A stretch of DNA of 63,792 nt, counting the filler, from Phoronis australis (taxonomy: Eukaryota > Animalia > Phoronida): assembly GCA_002633005.1 (NCBI GenBank). It is 8 parts of 8 records of this genome, joined end to end, with 100 filler letters (N's around TTAATTAATTAA, not from the genome) between each part and the next. Parts side by side here need not be neighbours in the genome. Positions count along the whole stretch, not along the records: positions 21,899 to 27,128 come from NMRA01000083.1; positions 27,229 to 37,099 come from NMRA01001545.1; positions 37,200 to 42,920 come from NMRA01000424.1; 5 more parts are not named here. One strand, given 5' to 3'. The notes beneath the pieces are model-generated. The model was not told the origin of the DNA. It worked only from the letters and a program-made list of their open reading frames with translations, and searched no databases. Each line of letters begins with the position of its first letter. The first letter of the stretch is position 1. Shown piece by piece: positions 24,500-38,370 of this stretch. The position numbers and the translations under genes are program-made.

Positions 24500-27228
24500 T
24501 ATATTTATTATGATTGGTAAAAACAAGTACATCCATTGGAATTCACGCATCAGTGCACACCTCAAGGAAGACCATGGTATCTTTTATATAAACAACTGTT
24601 ACATGAAGTTAATGTGAAAGATAAAATTTTCCCATTTCCCAGAGAAGCTAGCATACACAAAATTTTTATATGCAATTAATTTTTCAGCATCATCAGTATA
24701 TGTAAAAAAATATTGGTCTCGATTTGTTCCTTACTCATATGAGAAGTGATTTCTGGGATTACAAAGGCTTACTGTTAGTTATTGCTTGAGACCGTGTTCA
24801 GCACAAATGACACGATGCCGCCGCTGCTGCTACTGTCGTTGTGGCAAGCCTAGCTATCGAGCATGGTCTAATTCAACAAACTATCAATTCCTTCAAAGTC
24901 CTGAAATCACCTCCATTTTGACTAAAAAACAGTTTGAAACCAATGTTATAATGCTAAGTAGTCTAAACCACAAGTTGCTTTTTGTGATGGAAGACCAGGT
25001 TTATAGACACTTAATGTGCGACCTTCATGACCTTGGTGCATCTACATCAGAGTGCTACATGTATGCCTGGGTGCTTCGTTTGTCAAAAAGTATCCAGCTA
25101 TATCCTTCACTGGATTGCTGTACAGATGTGTTCACTTGTATGCAAAAATGTACTGCACCAGTAGACTGAACCTTTTTTGTTGTTATGGTGGAGTCAGACC
25201 AGTGTAATTTCAGTTAGTTTTCCTGAGCAAAGCCAGGTAGGGGCACCGAGACTTCTGGTGCCCCATTTGGTAGACCTCTTAGCAGCATAACTAAGACCAC
25301 CCAATGGTTGCGCAGCCTCATCACTCATAATTTTTCACTAAGTTGGGTTTGGTTCAGATTAACTATTCAGAATTCTTTGTTATCACATTAGTATCAACAT
25401 AATACCTTGTGTTTTGATAAACAGCACAGTCTGATACCATATTAAATGGCCATTATCAAACAAGTCAGGACAAATTCACAGTAAAATAATGCATTCATGC
25501 TTATTTCAAAACTGAACTTTTTGTGTGTTTTGTAGTTAACTAATAAACTCATGGCTGTATTATAACTGTTGTTAATGACATGTTTTGTGTCTGTGAGAGC
25601 TGTTTATTTTTGTGTTTTCTTTGGCTTGAAATATCTTGTTGGTCTGTAGAATAAACATTCTAAGGTTGTGATCTGTCTGGTGCATAGTTTTGACATTATG
25701 TTAAATAATTTGTTAATACTTTATGATTTTTAGTGAATTTCAGAGGCTGTTAAGTACAAACCATTTGACTTTTAACTTCAAAGTAAACATCACTACTAGC
25801 ACTTACACTCCATGTGTAAATTGTTCCAAGAGAGTGACGTACCAATTTTTAGAAGGCTTACAAACTGGTTGAGCATGTCAGTGGCAAAATGACTGGTCTG
25901 GTTTTGAACAAATGGGAGGTATTTCCACTGTCCTCCCATTGATGATTTTGACTGAGGTCACAGAAATTAGAGGATCTGTTACCATGATGCAGGTATGCTC
26001 AATGCAATGAATATTACTTGTTGCCTGTAGTCTGGACATTATATTGTCCTTTGCAAAGGATTTCTGTGCTTCAGATTGTGTGTGTTGATGTGTGAAGTTA
26101 GCTGACTCTTCAACTTATTCTGCACTGGCCTACATTTAAAACTGGGTTTTTGTATTGCCAATGTTTGCTGTCAATTTGATATCAATTAACAGCTGTGAAA
26201 TGTTTGTATTCATGTTGTAATAGATGCATTAATGTGAGGCTCAGGGTGTTTGATTAATGTAATTGATCACTCAGAAAACATAGTGGAGTGGTGGCAAAGT
26301 AAGCTAGTGTGCATATCCGCCTTTACACTCAGTGTACCACCTGGTAAATTGCTGTAGGCCTTTGGAGCAGGGCCAGTATACGCCAGTAAGTACTTATATA
26401 GCTATCCTGACTTGGGCAATCCGTTGATTTAATTTTACCCATTGTTGACCTATCAAGGCTTAATTACCATACAGATGCACACTTAACCATTGTATGAGAA
26501 AAAATAAAATATGCCCTCAGTTTATGGTCAGTCATTGCATAAATGCCTAAGCAAGCCTAATTAAGACACTCATACCAATTACGAGCCTAATTAGGACACT
26601 GATACCAATTAATAACAACACAGCACCCATCCCCAGGGGTTGGGACAAAGTTAACAGTTTGTGGCATAGAAACCCCCCCCCCCCAATCCTGTCCACTTAA
26701 CTTTCCAACAGAAATGATGCTCACACCAGATTGTAAAACTGCTAATCAGTTCACTTCTTGTATAGGCCTACTGAATGATAGGTCAGGGACATGGGTCTGT
26801 CAGCCTGAAGCTGTTTTCATATATCCCCTGAGTATATACAGTACCTAGTGAATCAGAAGAATAGGTATGCTGTGATATAATAGGATTAAGGATGTAATCA
26901 TGTAGCTGATTAGGTATGTGTTAGAGGTACACAAAAGCTATAGGCTGGGTAACAACAGTGTCATGCAGTTGTATACACTGATCATCTTGCTGTCCAGATA
27001 TGATGCAACACTAAACTGTTAGAAATAGGGTGCATTGGGCAGAATGAGTGGATGTGCCTTTGAGTCTGTCCAATGTTGTGAGGCTGTGTAGGACCTTATG
27101 GACTTATTGGTGTACTTAGCTTTTGAATNNNNNNNNNNNNNNNNNNNNNNNNNNNNNNNNNNNNNNNNNNNNTTAATTAATTAANNNNNNNNNNNNNNNN
27201 NNNNNNNNNNNNNNNNNNNNNNNNNNNN

Positions 27229-27344
27229 TTGGCCTCTGGCTACTCGGTTGGATACTCCAGATGAGGAACTCAGCCCCGTGACTTCACCTATTGGAACAAG
27301 TTTGGGATTTCCTTCTAGGAAAACCATTCCTGTTGTGACACCAG
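27229..27344 (+). CDS. FICD: Probable FICD upstream exon (3' part; stem region before TPR)
   Basis: Open frame WPLATRLDTPDEELSPVTSPIGTSLGFPSRKTIPVVTP-G|gtattt; phase 1 matches the acceptor at 33925. No diagnostic motif. Confidence 0.45.
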
Positions 27345-28423
27345 GTATTTGAAAACAGGTCTACAAATCCACAGGGTCAGGGAAGGGAAAAGTTAGGTAG
27401 CGACCTAGCCAAAATTCCAGGTCGCTTTTTCGAAATCCAGCTCGCATTCATAAATGCCAGGTCGCAAAATTTCCCGCCATTTTTACGCGCCAAAATTGAT
27501 TGTTTAGATCATGGAGAAAATGTTTAGATTATACTGCAACATTAAATATTCACAAATTTCAGATCTCAAAGTTTAGTTCGTTCATGCAGGTACGGCGTTA
27601 CGGTTCTTCACGATCGCCTTTGAAAGGCTCTGTGGCGCAAGGCAAGTTGCCGACGTGAAAGTTGAATCAGTGCTCTCTAACTGACACGTGCATTCGAGTA
27701 GCTAAATTTGAGATGTAAAAAGGGAGAAAACGTCCGTTGAAAAAGTGTCCGCGATTTTGCTAGGTCTGACCTGCTACGGCCTGTCATCAAAGTCGTTAAA
27801 GATGCAAACTAACTCGGAGTACAATTTTCCTCCTCTTTTTGTTCGTAGCCCAAATTTTGATACTTAACTCGACGTTTGAAAAATATCTGTCGAAAAAAAT
27901 CAGAGAAAACATGCCCTAACCGAATGATGTATTTGAATGCGCAGGAACAATTCAGTGCAAATTTCACAGCAAAAATGTTATACTTATGCTGTTTACGTAC
28001 TCAACAATAAGTTTTCCATGAAATGAATAGCCTCGAAATAATTTTGGACTCGGTGCGGGTTTCCATCGGGTACCGGTAATTGGAGTTTGCCCCTCTACCT
28101 TCGAAGTACGGGAAAAATAGGTCAGTCACAAAACGACACGCATGTCACTTGTGTTGACTTTCTTTCGGAGGTATAAAACAAAGCCGGGATTTGGTGTTTA
28201 CATATTGAGAAAAGACGTTTTTGAAAACTGAATTTGTTGCGTAAAATGAGAGTGACACACTATATAGGCTGCTGGTCAATTTTAAACCATGCGCGGTCGT
28301 TTGTAGTGCACTATGATGGGCGCTAGCCTGAACTGTGGGCACTTAATTGGAAATTCACAAAAGTTGAGGGGGAACGCTTAGTAGATCAGTGAGCGCTTAT
28401 TATGAAACACTTCAAATGTAGGG

Positions 28424-29970
28424 ACTAGGCTTGTAAACGCAGGTGTACCGCAGGGTAGCGTATTAGGCCCTCTTCTTTTCTTGGTTTTTATTAATGACCT
28501 TCCTGATAACCTGTCATGTAGCACATACCTTTATGCAGATGACACGGTGCTTTTTTACCCCTTCGCAAGGAGCAGCCCTGAATGTTCTTTGCAGCTTCAA
28601 CACGACTTAAATAAACTAAGCTATTGGTCACAAGAATGGAGAATGAATTTTAAACCAGAAAAAAGCGTTGACCTCACCTTCTCCAAATCTATTAATGCTC
28701 TCTTCCTTGTTGACCCGTCTTATGACCTTAAACTTAATGATGAAATCATTCCTAGAAAACAGTCGCACAGACATCTGGGTATACTGTTAGATGAAAAACT
28801 CTCATTCACCCCTCACGTTCGGGAGCTCGTACAAAAAACTCAGGAACTAATTAACCCACTTAAGCTTGTCTCTCGTCATCTGAATTCTACACATTTAGAA
28901 GTTTTGTTCAAGTCCTTTGTACTTCCACACATTGATTATTGTGATATTATATATCAGTCTGCCAATACGGGTGCACTCCAACATTTGGAGAAGTTACAAT
29001 ATCAAGCCGCCTTACTCATAACTGGAGCTTACAGGGGATCCAATAGTGTTAAGGTTTTGAATAATCTCAAGTGGCCCAAACTGTCTACTCGACGCAATCT
29101 TCACATGACCACATTTACGTTCAAGGTAATAAACAATGTCAACAACGTGTCTGTCAAAAAAATATTTGATCTATATACTAGACAAGGCCATCGTAGTGAT
29201 TTGAGATCCTCCACCCCATATGCAATTCCTCCGTCGTTCAGTCAGGCATTCAGAAGGTCTACAGTCATGATGTGCATCAACAACTGGAATTCTCTTCCAG
29301 TCTCTGTTAAGGAAAGCAACTCTTTTACGAGTATAAAAAATAATTTTAGAACTGTTTTTCATAATTTTGATAACTCAACACCCTTGACTCAATTCTCCCT
29401 TACCCGCGATAACGAAATAGCATTGTACAGATCAAGATGTGGCCTTTTCCTCAACTCTGACAAGTTCAGGCACAACTTTAGTAATGTCTCTCCAAACTGT
29501 AAATGTGGTGACCATCAATCTTATCCTCATATTTTCTTCAAATGTCCCCTCATCGAATCCCTGAGAGACTCACTCTTTCGTGCACTCAATGATAACCAAT
29601 CAATTGTTAACGCTCTCAATTCTTGTAATAATATCCCTACTAGAGTTACATTATTACTGAATGGTAGTCCTAACCTTGACTTTGTTCTCAACGAATTCCT
29701 CCTAGGCAACGTTAGCAAATTTTTATGTACCGTTTATCAATATTGTTGCATCTGATTTCCCTACATGAATCTGTACATATTTTTGTTTTTACACATCTGT
29801 AATAGCATGGAATACTTATTTTATATACTACTTAATTGTATATACAACTGTACCTCTATGTGTATAAGTTTCATTTATGAATTGTTTGCAACCCAGATAT
29901 AATGCTTCGCGGTTTCTGGGTTTGTTATCATTTCTTTGTATGTTCTGTGTATCCTTCAATAAATATATAT
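28424..29970 (+). mobile_element. 5'-truncated CR1/L2-group LINE
   Basis: GVPQGSVLGPLLFLVFINDLP, YADD, HLGILLD, PHIDYCD, CKC...H...C knuckle, AATAAA near 29958. Confidence 0.92.
28442..29755 (+). CDS. LINE ORF2 C-terminal half (RT domains 4-7 to CCHC); uninterrupted but lacks the 5' end
   Basis: About 437 open codons from GVPQG to the stop at 29755. Confidence 0.8.
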   Translation, partial: GVPQGSVLGPLLFLVFINDLPDNLSCSTYLYADDTVLFYPFARSSPECSLQLQHDLNKLSYWSQEWRMNFKPEKSVDLTFSKSINALFLVDPSYDLKLNDEIIPRKQSHRHLGILLDEKLSFTPHVRELVQKTQELINPLKLVSRHLNSTHLEVLFKSFVLPHIDYCDIIYQSANTGALQHLEKLQYQAALLITGAYRGSNSVKVLNNLKWPKLSTRRNLHMTTFTFKVINNVNNVSVKKIFDLYTRQGHRSDLRSSTPYAIPPSFSQAFRRSTVMMCINNWNSLPVSVKESNSFTSIKNNFRTVFHNFDNSTPLTQFSLTRDNEIALYRSRCGLFLNSDKFRHNFSNVSPNCKCGDHQSYPHIFFKCPLIESLRDSLFRALNDNQSIVNALNSCNNIPTRVTLLLNGSPNLDFVLNEFLLGNVSKFLCTVYQYCCI

Positions 29971-30354
29971 CACAGTGAAAAAAAACCCGTTTACCGTTTT
30001 TTTTTTAGTCAACAGGTCCGCAAACCCAAGAATTCAAGACCCCTGCATCCCCAAATTTTAGGCTGGGCGCGCGCATCTGCCGAAATGCTGCTTATTCCTG
30101 TGCCCTGCACCCCTAACTGAAAAACCTTGATCCGCCCCTGCTACGGGTTGAAACATAATTTTTCTTTCCAAAAAGGACAGGGCTCCCAATCCCTCAAATT
30201 TGGGGCACAATATCGGCCCTATTCCCCTCTCAAACATATTGAAATATCACGCGAAATTCCCCCAACGAGGCATAAAAATTCCCCTAGTGAAAAATCTCTC
30301 TGAGTTCACATCACCTGAAACCACACCGGTGACAATTTTTAAGAGCACAAAAGG

Positions 30355-31299
30355 CTACTTTAAATTGAGGCAGAGCCTATGAGAGCTTGCAACAGCGCGG
30401 GGGTGCTATTGATGGTGATCGGGAGGTAGATTGTTCCCGCCCTCACTCGGCGAAAAAATCGTCTCTCAGTAGGCACTGGCACCTTTCCCCTCGGATGAAA
30501 GAGGCTCCTGCAGAAACATGATGACTATGATTGCATTGTCCAGTTAACTGAAATTGAGTTCTAAAACGAGGTTATGTTTTGGACGAACGAATTAGGCGTT
30601 TTAATTTTAAAATTCAACTTGGTCCAGATTGATATTTGAAATCTAACACATGAAACAGATGTAAGAATTATTACAACCAAGAAAGCATTGATGGTCAAAT
30701 AATTTTTATTTTCAATTACGAGCCTGGTTTTTTATTTTAATAAAAATATATTTAATAACATCAATTAGGCCTATTCTTTCAGACCAATGACAAATCAGCT
30801 GTTAGTCCCAGTGAGTGCATAGAATCAGGCTATGCTTGATGTTAATATTCTTGATCAACAAATTAAGCCAGATGTGACTTTTTGCACATGACAGACACCG
30901 CTGTCGAATATGTCAACTCGTCAACAATACGAGCAGATGACCTGGTCCTCGTAGAAAGTATTTTGATCAGCAATTTACAAGAAACCCTGCATTCAGCATA
31001 ATACCTAATCTGTAACACTACGATCGCCGCAATTTGGTCATATTTACTTTTCATGTTTCGAACCTAGTTTTCCGAAAAAAAATAAACCCTTTCCTCGGAC
31101 AACTCTTTGGCGCCTTAACTTATTTTTTCTAATGTAATTTTCTACGTCTCTGTGGTTAATTGTCGACACATCATTAAAATTTAATATCCAGGTTGGACTC
31201 GAAAGACCGGCTATTTAACTCACGCAATGTCTACTTTCGCCTTGTTTATGGCAGTGAGCCTCGCTTTGGATTTTAATGGCCGCCGCGTGAATAGGGTCT
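30355..31299. mobile_element. Non-autonomous element, ISL2EU-like terminus
   Basis: Direct homolog of 37237-38370; ends GCGTGAATAGGGTCT|AT. Confidence 0.65.
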
Positions 31300-33279
31300 A
31301 TACTCTTTCATTTAGAACTGTCGCTGTTCTCTTTTGATGTGCAGCTTTGAAGTAGTGTGCACGCGTGAGTTCACGCACTGGAATCGCTGGAGCAGGCCTA
31401 CACTTGACGTTACCAAAAACGAGTTAAAGACATATCATATTTCACGGACGTAACCCCAGAAACAAGTAAAGGGGTTTGAGAATTTCTTGGCAACTGAAAG
31501 TAAAGACGTGACCATTGTTTGGCGATTAATGGAGTAGTTATTTTCACTTTGGCTGTCTTATGCGATAAAAAACGAGACGCACATCTCTAAGTCACAACTG
31601 TCTGCCGAAACCGCTTGCGCGCTAGCAACGGGACCGAGAAGTGCCGCAGTGCGCGGACAGACATCAGGGATATTGTCGTGGATGTTTCGTACCAGTAATA
31701 AGGACATCTTACGCGAAAAATAAACATATTTGTTCACCACAAAGTTTGGTAAGTTGACCGCTTAAGAATTAGTAGAAACATCGCTGTTTTGTGACGGTTT
31801 GTAGCGTGTTATGCAGTGGCTCGAAACTTTCTTCGGCGAATACATAATGTTGCAAAAGTGTCCGAAAATGTTAGCCAATGAAACGCGTCAAATATCGATT
31901 CTGCATATCCCATGTTCACGCGACTTGCTTACAAGTCATCGGGAGGGCTGTTCTCGGTTAGTGTTCTTTTGAACTTGGAAAATAACCTAGCAGCGGTCGG
32001 ATTAACAATATTTGAGCGATATCTGCCTAGAAATATAAAAACTCAGCTCGTATACGTTGGAAATTCCAGGTCTCATTTTACGACTTGATACGAGCTGACA
32101 AAAATCTCAGCTCGCATTTCCAAATTTCAAAGCTCGTTATGTCGAGCCCTGGCTAGGCAGAAGCTGGGATCCGATTTTGAATACACACTTTTTATGTTTA
32201 TGTATTCGGCATTGCCAGATTCCTTATGGTCCAGCTAATTTTAACTATTTTAGAACATACCTGCCATAGTTGCATTGATTTCTTCAAAGGGATTGTGCTA
32301 GTAACTGCCCATTCTGAATGAAATTTCCCAGAAGTCTCTCAATTGTGTGCCGCGCTTGCCGATCACTAGCTCCCCTGTGGTGCGCTGCTTCCGTATCTCA
32401 ACTCGGTCCATCATCCATGTGATATTTTATTAATGATCCCAATCGATGGCCATGCTGCAGCCAGTCACTGAGGGTAAATATCACCGTTTGAACTGGGCCC
32501 AGACGGTAGTCATCCCATTGGGCTATCAGAAGCCTTTTGGTAAATTAAGCCTCATTACATACGTTTTGAACATGGAGAGACTCCTTAAATGAAGTCGTTG
32601 TGATCTCCATCACTTCCCTGCTCAAACAAAAACTCTCGCAATCATTCTTCATTCATTCAAGGAAGTTGAGGACTGAATGCCATTATAGCTGATTTGTTCG
32701 ATGTTAAACGAAAACGTACAGAGATTTATACACCACTATTCTTTTCATCCTCTCCACTAGAGTTATCTCTGTTTTTGCTAGTGCTGAATGGAGGCAGGCT
32801 GGGTAATCACTGAATGACAGCTAAGAATGGTGGGTAGAAAGGTCTATAGGGAGGTCACTCTGTGTCAGTCATGCCAAGAGGTGGCACCACAGATGAGGGA
32901 CCTGTCTGATCACAATGTAGATATCGATCGACAAGTGTGTCGCGTGAGACATGTTTCCATATAGGTGGTGCTGTGACAGAGGGTGCCACGCCAATTCCTC
33001 TTGGATTTGAATCACAGTGACTGGGAGTCAATATGCGAGTGTGTTGCTGACAAAGGCTTTGTCAATTTGTCTTTATGTTCACTAGTTCCACTCAGAATTT
33101 GCCAGTGGCAATATTAGGGCGCTACCTTGCATTTCCTAACCGACAACTATGACTTCTTACAATAAGCACTTACATCAACACCTGGACATTTATGGCCTGC
33201 TTGTTTTGCTTGAGAGTAGGAAAGATGGGATCGTGGGTGTCATTGGTAACCGTTACTTTTTCATGTTAACATTCTTTCC

Positions 33280-33540
33280 CATGCGCGCACCCAGGGGCTG
33301 GGGGGCGCTGGGGGCTCGAATGAGTCTCCCCATTTGGCGAAGTGGGCAAAAAGGTCCGCTTGCGAGAAACAAAAAGTCCGAGAAAATGAGACAAAAGTTC
33401 ACTAAACAAGGCACAAACGCGCAATTCACAGGGGTGTGCTCGTTTTTTTATTATTATTAGTCTGCCGGCTATTTTTTTACCAAAAGGTCCACAACATTAG
33501 GAATTCGAGCCCCCCATATTGAAGGCTGGGTGCGCGCATG
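33280..33540. mobile_element. MITE (CATGCGCGCACCC TIR); inverted copy at 41554-41810
   Basis: TIRs plus shared internal sequence between the two copies. Confidence 0.75.
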
Positions 33541-33924
33541 TTTCCCACACACTTCTGGTACTGGGGAACTAAATCCACCATTGGAAATTGAACTTCATTG
33601 CTTGAAATGTGAAAATCCATTAATCACAACAGATAAAAAGAGAAATAATGTCAAATGCGACTGCTTTTCCTTTGTTGATATGTCCCAACCTCTGTTGTAT
33701 AACTAAGCAACACAGTGCGGTGACTTGACTAATGTACCCCATCCCTTATCAGAGCAGTTTTAGTACCCCTAAAGAACGTAATGAAATTTGAATGAGGAAT
33801 AACATGGTCATCACTTGATTTGCACTGGTGTCTATCATGATCATCATGGCTACATTTATGATATCGTTGCACTCGTCTAGTTTTTCGTTTAACAAATGGT
33901 AAATCAAGTTACACTTTGTTTCAG

Positions 33925-34120
33925 ATGTTGAGGCAGAGACACTGGCTGCCTTGAACCTTGCTCTGGAAATGGAGAGTAATGGTAAGCATGACAAGGCCAT
34001 GAAGCTGTACCAGCATGCACTGGCGCTTGACCCGGTGCACGCGGACATTCTCAACAAGTACGGTGAGTTCCTGGAACGACACCACAAGGACATCATACTG
34101 GCTGAGCACATGTACTCCAG
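33925..34120 (+). CDS. FICD: FICD/HYPE protein adenylyltransferase, TPR exon
   Basis: tttcag acceptor; EAETLAALNLALEMESNGKHDKAMKLYQHALALDPVHADILNKYGEFLERHHKDIILAEHMYSR resembles FICD TPR1-2. Donor obscured by an n at 34122; Fic-domain exon not seen. Confidence 0.85.
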
Positions 34121-36981
34121 GNGTCCTGAATTACCTAAAGTTTATTGCTCTCTACCGATATGTTGGTGCTGGTGGTTTCAAGGTCAAAAGTCAAGTTTTG
34201 GGACTTACATGTATTAGTCCTGTTAATCGCTAGAGAACATAACAGAGATAACCCATTCAGGCTAACAAAGCTGCTCATTCACTCAAACAGCAGCAGAGCT
34301 CTGTTGCCTTGAATCCCTGGTAATTTGCTGTGTTTGAGTACACTCGCTGCTAGTTTTGTGCTTGAGGCTGTTGAGCGTACATAGGTTTATTGTCTTGATA
34401 ATGCTTTAATTTAGCCATTAAAGCGAAACATCGAATATGAAAATCTATGTAGTTGCATTGATTTTTAAATTTCTTCCGATTTTTTGCTACTTTTGTCAAG
34501 TGACTTCATTGCCAGCATCAACCTTCGTTTACAACTCTGCATATCACAGTTGTTAATTCAATATCACAACAAGAGCGATGGGAAGTGTTGCCAAAATTTA
34601 ATAAAAATCCTGCAGTGGGTTTAGTACATACAGCGCAATACAACAAAACTGCCACTAGGAGTCGCTGCAATAGTCGAAATCGTCGGAAAATCATCGTCAA
34701 CCGTCAGATTCACACTATGACATATATGCCAATTTTTACTGCCATCCTTAGAGTGGTTTGATTGATAGAGTGGTGGACGTTAAAAACAGACCCGAAAACA
34801 GTAAAAAAATGGCCACTAGGTGGCGCAAAATACCTCGAATCTGTCCGAAAACGGGACGATAGCATCAGTTCACTAATTCATGAAAATCCGCAAATCAGAC
34901 AGTGTTTAGCTGACATGCATTTGTTAATTACATCAGTTTTTGGCCACATTAAGATTAACAAACGGACGATCGCCGAACACTCCTGATGATGTCTAATGAA
35001 TAGACGAAACGTTGAGCGAACATGAACTTTTTAATTTGTGCGGCGATCGTCCGTTTTTTAATCTGTCATGCATTTGAAAACTTAGATTCTGTTGGTAAGA
35101 GCTGTTGAATTTATGCAAATGTGGTAACTAGTGGATTGATCTATTATTTCCATAATTCCATTGCATAAAAGGCCCAAGAGAGACCCACACTGCAGTAATA
35201 GCGTTCAAGCTCGTAAAACTTAACTAGAGGCATGGAACGCGAAAGCTAGCTCGTCTAAAATATCATCCTTTAAACAATTCCTGACGAAATTAACATCTCG
35301 CAACGTCTAGTACAAAGCAATTCACTTTCCCCTTTGAGGAAATTTCCAGAAAGAATCACAAAATTCACGATTTTAGACATACGGGCGAAGGAAAAAATGT
35401 GGTTATCACAGAGTTTCTAATCTCCCTCCCACCCTGATTCCACTTATGATTAATGTGCACGTGCGTTCATAGTTATTTGCTGAAAGTCGCTTGCGGTCAA
35501 TGGTCACATTTTCCATATAAGGGAAATGTGCTACGTCTACTGTATGTCTTGTCATATCAAATAAGAGACGTACTTTGCTTTGTGGGAGAGAAATCGGCGA
35601 AGTGGCGAGCAGTTGACAGAAAGTTATTTGAAATTTTGATACCATCAGAAATTAAAAATCCTTACGAACAAACTCTGAAAATTCCTGGTGAGCAGGTCGA
35701 ATTCTGTTTCAGTGGCAGAGAAACACTTTCAATATTGCAATTTAGTCTTTTTATCGCGTCCCAGGCATCTTTAAGCACAGAACCAGACAGGTTTGAGTTA
35801 GCATTCCCCGCTTGTATCACAGCTTCGCAGAGCTGTCGATGCCGGGAAGATCGGTCGGTAATATTTTTCGACTGTGAAGGTATCGAGGCTCAATTAAGAC
35901 TTGCTTTTACTTTGTATCCACGCCACTAACCGTGTCAATGATAACGCCGGCATATTTGTGGAAACGTGGCCGTCTACCTTACTAATTACCGGATCTCATA
36001 GCTGACAACAATAGCATTCTAAATTGCTCTCCAATACTGAACGTACGAGGTTCTCAGTTTCTGATAGTCCTGAATTTGTCGCAATTCATTGCAGCCATTT
36101 GACAATCCAATCGACAAATGTTTCTATTGACGGAGATCGCGCGTCAACAGATCGACTTTGGGCACTGGCCAACGATGCCCGGCGATTGAGTTTCGCATTA
36201 CTATGTCATGGGTCATACATGATATTATCAGGCCAGTAGTTGCGGTTACGTTATTATATAGAGGCGATGATACGCCGACGTTGATGCATCTGCAGGTCAT
36301 AGGCCGAATACCGAGTGATGGCTGTTAAAGTCGGCCGACCGCTTAAGTCGGCCGACTTTCTGCAGATCTTGGGCGATTGCTGACGAATTGATCGAGTAAC
36401 ATCGCCCGGTGATCTTCCAAGATTATGAAATCGGTCGGGTGACGAAATAATTTAACTTTCTTCGGCAGTGACGCCAAATGATTTCTGATATCGACGTCCG
36501 GCAGATACGCCCGACAATCTCCTGACAAGCGCCCCACTGTTTAACGCTATACATGGGCGGCGCACCATAGGGGGCTGGGGCCGGGATATAGCGGCCTCCC
36601 AATTTTTTTCAGTGCTACGCCGCACGTGTTCTACATGTATAGGCGGTGCACCACAGTGGGGATGAAGGGGCTTTAGCCCCCACTTTTTTCAGTGCTAGTA
36701 CGCCGCCCGTGCTATAGCGATTTTAGCTCTGAAATTCATCGGATCAGCGTCGGAATCCGAAAAACATCACTCGACCATTCTAGACATCGGGATAAGACTT
36801 AGACAGGATCGGCTGAGCGTAGCACGATGACATGTACTGTGCAGCACAGAAATAAGTGGGGATATAGCTGCCCCCAGCCCCCTATGGTGCACCGTCCATG
36901 CTGACATGAGCGGCGCAGCACGGAAATAAGTGGAGGGGGGTTATAGCCCCCCTTCCCAGCTCCCTATGGTGCGCCGCCCAT

Positions 36982-37099
36982 AGACCCTATTCACGCCGAC
37001 AGGAGGCGCGTTCCAAAACGAGGCTCGCTACGATAGCTCTGTTAGCTCATCGGCATAGGAGTCTGTGTTTCAGTCCGTGTTGTTCCCCGAACGGCTAGA
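36982..37099. mobile_element. Terminus of the ISL2EU-like family, cut by spacer
   Basis: AT|AGACCCTATTCACGC...CCAAAACGAGGCT is the inverted counterpart of the ends at 31299 and 38370. Confidence 0.6.
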
Positions 37100-37236
37100 N
37101 NNNNNNNNNNNNNNNNNNNNNNNNNNNNNNNNNNNNNNNNNNNTTAATTAATTAANNNNNNNNNNNNNNNNNNNNNNNNNNNNNNNNNNNNNNNNNNNNC
37201 ACTCACTATATGGTATCCTAGATCAGCCACTGGAAA

Positions 37237-38370
37237 TGCTACTTTGAGAGCTTGCAACAGGGCGGGGTGCTATTGATGGTGATAGGGAGGTCAGTAGATT
37301 TTTCACTGACCCGTCTCTCGGCGAAACGTTCCCCTCTCAGAAGGCTGCACAGGCACCTTTCCCCTAGGATATGAACGAGGCCTCTGACGAAACATGATAA
37401 CTATGCTTGTTCCAGGGGGGAATCCATGACTTTGAGTTAGGGGGAGGGGCAAGGCAGAGTATTAGCCAGGATTTTGCCCGTCAGACATTCGCGCTCCTGA
37501 ACTGTCCAATGGAATCTGGGAGAATTTAAGGGGGGCTGGGGCATGGCACCTTGGCTCTCCTCTAAATCTGCAACTGTGTTCTGTCCAGTTATCTGAAATT
37601 GAGCTCTAAAACGAGGTTATGCTTTGGACGAAAGAATTAGGTGTTTTAATTTTAAAATTCAACTTGATCGAGATTGTTATTGAAAAATACTCACATGAAA
37701 TAGACGTAATTATTCAAACCAAGAAAGCATACAGAACTGATGCTCATATGATTTTTATTTTCAATTGCGAGCCTGGTTTTCATCGTAATCAATTTAATAA
37801 CATCAAGTATTATTTCAGATCAATGACAAATCAACTGTTAGTCCTGGCAGTGCCTACCTCACCAGGACCTAGGCTATGCTTGAAGCTAATAGGCCTAGTC
37901 TTGATCAACAAATTAAACCAGATGTGACTAATTGCACATGACAGCAAAATGCTATGAGCACCACTGTCGAATATATCTTCAATTCGTCAACAATACGACC
38001 AGATGATCTGGTTCCTGTAGAAAGCATTTTTATCAAGAATTTATTAGAAGCAACGTAACCCTGCATTCAGCATGATACCTAATCCGTAACACTACGATCG
38101 CCGCAATTTGGTCATGTTTACTTTTCATGTTTCGAACCTAGTTTTCCGGAAAAAATATACCCTTTCGTCAGACAACTCTTTGGTGCATTGACTTGTTCTT
38201 TAACTGTATTCTTCTACATCTCTGCGGTTAATTATTGACATATTTTTAAGATTTAATACCCAGGTTGGACTCCGAAGACCGGCCACTTAACTCACGCAAT
38301 GTAAATTTCCGCTTTGTTTATCGCAGTAAGCCTCGTTTGGATTTTAATGTCTGCCGCGTGAATAGGGTCT
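37237..38370. mobile_element. Second copy of the ISL2EU-like element, with a nested small MITE at about 37412-37577
   Basis: Homology to 30355-31299; ends GGGTCT|AT. Confidence 0.65.

Larger units (their letters stand above)
27390..32151. mobile_element. Putative hAT-like non-autonomous element hosting nested insertions
   Basis: Subterminal CCAGGTCGC/CAGCTCGC repeats at 27415-27470 and 32040-32140; right end TCGAGCCCTG; left TIR and TSD not clearly found. Confidence 0.4.

Noticed and set aside
24990-25993. Exon-like stretches at 24990-25170 and 25853-25992
   Set aside because: No consistent open frame between splice sites and no recognisable domain.
32380-33100. Coding-like composition in the FICD intron
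   Set aside because: Frequent stops and no motif I could identify; at most an old TE remnant.
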